Below, one piece after another: positions 63,261 through 64,000 of a DNA stretch of 64,000 nucleotides (position 1 is its first letter; each line of letters starts with the position of its first letter). Below the pieces are notes generated by a model, which did not search any database, was not told the DNA's origin, and saw only the letters and a list, made by a program, of their open reading frames with translations. This stretch comes from Callorhinchus milii (lineage: Eukaryota): assembly GCF_018977255.1 (NCBI RefSeq), contig NW_024704742.1, positions 12,526,001 to 12,590,000 of the forward strand, in the 5' to 3' direction. The position numbers and the translations under genes were made by a program.

Positions 63261-63724
63261 TCCTCTTTCCCCATCTTAACTCCCACTATTCTTTCCCATT
63301 ACTTCTCTTTCCCTTTATTATCTCCGGTCGCCCCTCTCATCTTTTCCCTTTTTTACCCCTTTGACTTGTTTTCCCCGTTCCTTTCCGTTGTTGTAAGAAA
63401 TACCCCCCACTCCCCCCTTATTCTCCATTAACTTCTCTCACTCCCCCCCCTCTCTCTCTTGTCTCTCTCTCTCTGCTTTCTTTCTTCCCACTTGGCGCTA
63501 TGGCCAGAGGTCAGTGTCACTGGCAATAGTGAGTGACTGGGGGTCAAGTTGCAGAAGCATAAATTGAGGGCTGTGCATTTTAGGAATAATAATTAAAATA
63601 AGAAAAATAATTGAGTTTACTACTTTTGAAATCTTTGCTGTTCTGTTACCGAGATGCGCTTTGGTACAATAAAGAAGGATTTTTATTGCAGGGATGTGGG
63701 AAGACCCTGTGTGCTTCAGTTATT

Positions 63725-63895
63725 GTTATTAATAATAATTGCATTTGATCTAGCACCTTATCATGTTGTCAAAATGTTTCAAAGTACTTCAAAGAACATA
63801 TTGTAAAGTGGCTTTGACTGTGGGTGAAACGTGGCAGCCGGTTTGCGCACAGCAGTGTTCCACAAACAGTCGTGGAGCGAGTGACCAATTTTATT
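63725..63895 (-). mobile_element. SINE 3' fragment
   Basis: GCGCACAGCAGTGTTCCACAAACAGTC body and (ATT)n tail. Confidence 0.7.
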
Positions 63896-64000
63896 TCAAG
63901 AATGAATGAACCTTTCGTCTCTCCCTGAGTTTGATTCTGAGGTGCTGTGAGCGTTGTGTGTGTGTGTGTTTACCAGTAGTTACCAGAATACCTGGTACTT

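Noticed and set aside
55110..63286. Long His/Pro/Thr-rich and Cys/Val/Ala-rich ORFs (up to 990 aa) resembling keratin-associated proteins or metallothioneins
   Set aside because: Open in several frames on both strands because the satellite units lack stop codons; no coding signal.

Overview
Repeat-dominated vertebrate genomic DNA with no intact multi-exon gene. The repeat set (CR1 LINEs with zinc-finger/esterase ORF1, abundant L2 LINEs, a tRNA-Ala-derived SINE with an L2 tail, Deu-domain SINEs) suggests a cartilaginous fish, possibly a chimaera; this host call is inference. The most interesting content is a decayed, 5'-truncated endogenous retrovirus-like element at ~43.2-49.9 kb. Its pol has two RNase H domains and a D-35-E integrase. 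Its env-like gene looks like a lokiretrovirus/foamy/paramyxovirus-F-type fusion protein and seems to carry an immunoglobulin-like domain upstream of the fusion module. Also present are an unprocessed ADH5 pseudogene fragment (exons 7-8, all four splice dinucleotides destroyed), a SPIN/Charlie-type hAT relic containing a solo LTR, a Tigger-like relic, several fold-back structures, large simple-repeat and minisatellite blocks, an AT-rich 156-bp satellite island around a 25-N gap (possibly an assembly artefact), and a CpG-rich putative first exon near 63.1 kb. Repeat boundaries were read by eye and are approximate unless a TSD or TIR is cited.
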